The translations under genes and the position numbers were made by a program. A model generated the notes under the pieces. That model saw only the letters and a list, made by a program, of their open reading frames with translations. It was not told where the DNA came from and searched no databases. 64,000 bases of DNA, from positions 14,106-78,105 of the IMG/VR virus record IMGVR_UViG_3300046786_000888; one strand, written 5' to 3'. This document shows positions 63,730-64,000 of this stretch, piece by piece. The number at the start of each line of letters is the position of its first letter. Position 1 is the stretch's first letter. This DNA is from a virus. Its lineage: Duplodnaviria > Caudoviricetes.

Positions 63730-64000
63730 CGCTTGAAGAACATCCCATCACCCCACCGCCGGAGCTAGCGCAGCAGTGGATGACCGAGTTCTACGGCACA
63801 CCCATTGCGCCGGGCGAGGCTAGCACTTACCTTGCCAACCGCACCGCCCAGTGGGCCGCCGACCAGGAGCTGGAGGCGTGCTGTGAGTGGCTGAAGTTAG
63901 AAGGTCACGAGCACGAGCATGAAGCACTTCGCGCCGCCCGCCGGCCCAAGCCGCCGAGCTTGAAAGAGCAGGCGCTTGAAATGCTTGGGAACGCTTGGGA
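63726..64000 (+). CDS. Paralog family, copy 3 (runs off the window)
   Basis: MTLEEHPITPPPEL...WAADQELEACCEW...RRPKPPSLKEQAL. Confidence 0.75.
   Translation, partial: MTLEEHPITPPPELAQQWMTEFYGTPIAPGEASTYLANRTAQWAADQELEACCEWLKLEGHEHEHEALRAARRPKPPSLKEQALEMLGNAW

Noticed and set aside
46497-64000. Diversity-generating retroelement explanation for the paralog family
   Set aside because: No reverse transcriptase in the window, and the differences are non-homologous segments rather than A-specific substitutions.

Overview
This window is about 64 kb of a tailed dsDNA phage genome, with no host genes, rRNA, integrase or CRISPR array visible. The host is most likely a picocyanobacterium (Synechococcus/Cyanobium), inferred from an NblA-like gene and several small-protein families I recall from cyanophages. 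From 1 to about 53 kb the genes are mostly minus-strand late/virion genes. These include a tailspike, tail fibre, lysozyme-M23 fusion, probable ejection proteins, an N4-gp56-type major capsid protein, scaffold, portal and terminase large subunit. They are interleaved with about six glycan-modifying enzymes, several HNH endonucleases, a regulatory cluster, Dps, a dCMP deaminase and tRNA-Leu(UAA). From about 55 kb onward there are small plus-strand early-type genes, a tRNA(CAU) and a MoxR/RavA AAA+ ATPase. The strongest signals are: (1) an ~780-nt, ORF-poor, highly base-paired RNA-like element with its own sigma70-type promoter at 53.6-54.4 kb (GOLLD-sized, family unconfirmed); (2) a group I intron carrying a LAGLIDADG endonuclease that splits the major capsid gene, with splice sites resolvable to the nucleotide; (3) four GNA-loop mini-hairpin cassettes in front of early genes; (4) an NblA-like gene; (5) a three-copy block-mosaic gene family; (6) a 509-nt portal/scaffold dual-frame overlap. 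All protein family calls come from motif recognition by eye; no database searches or folding programs were run.
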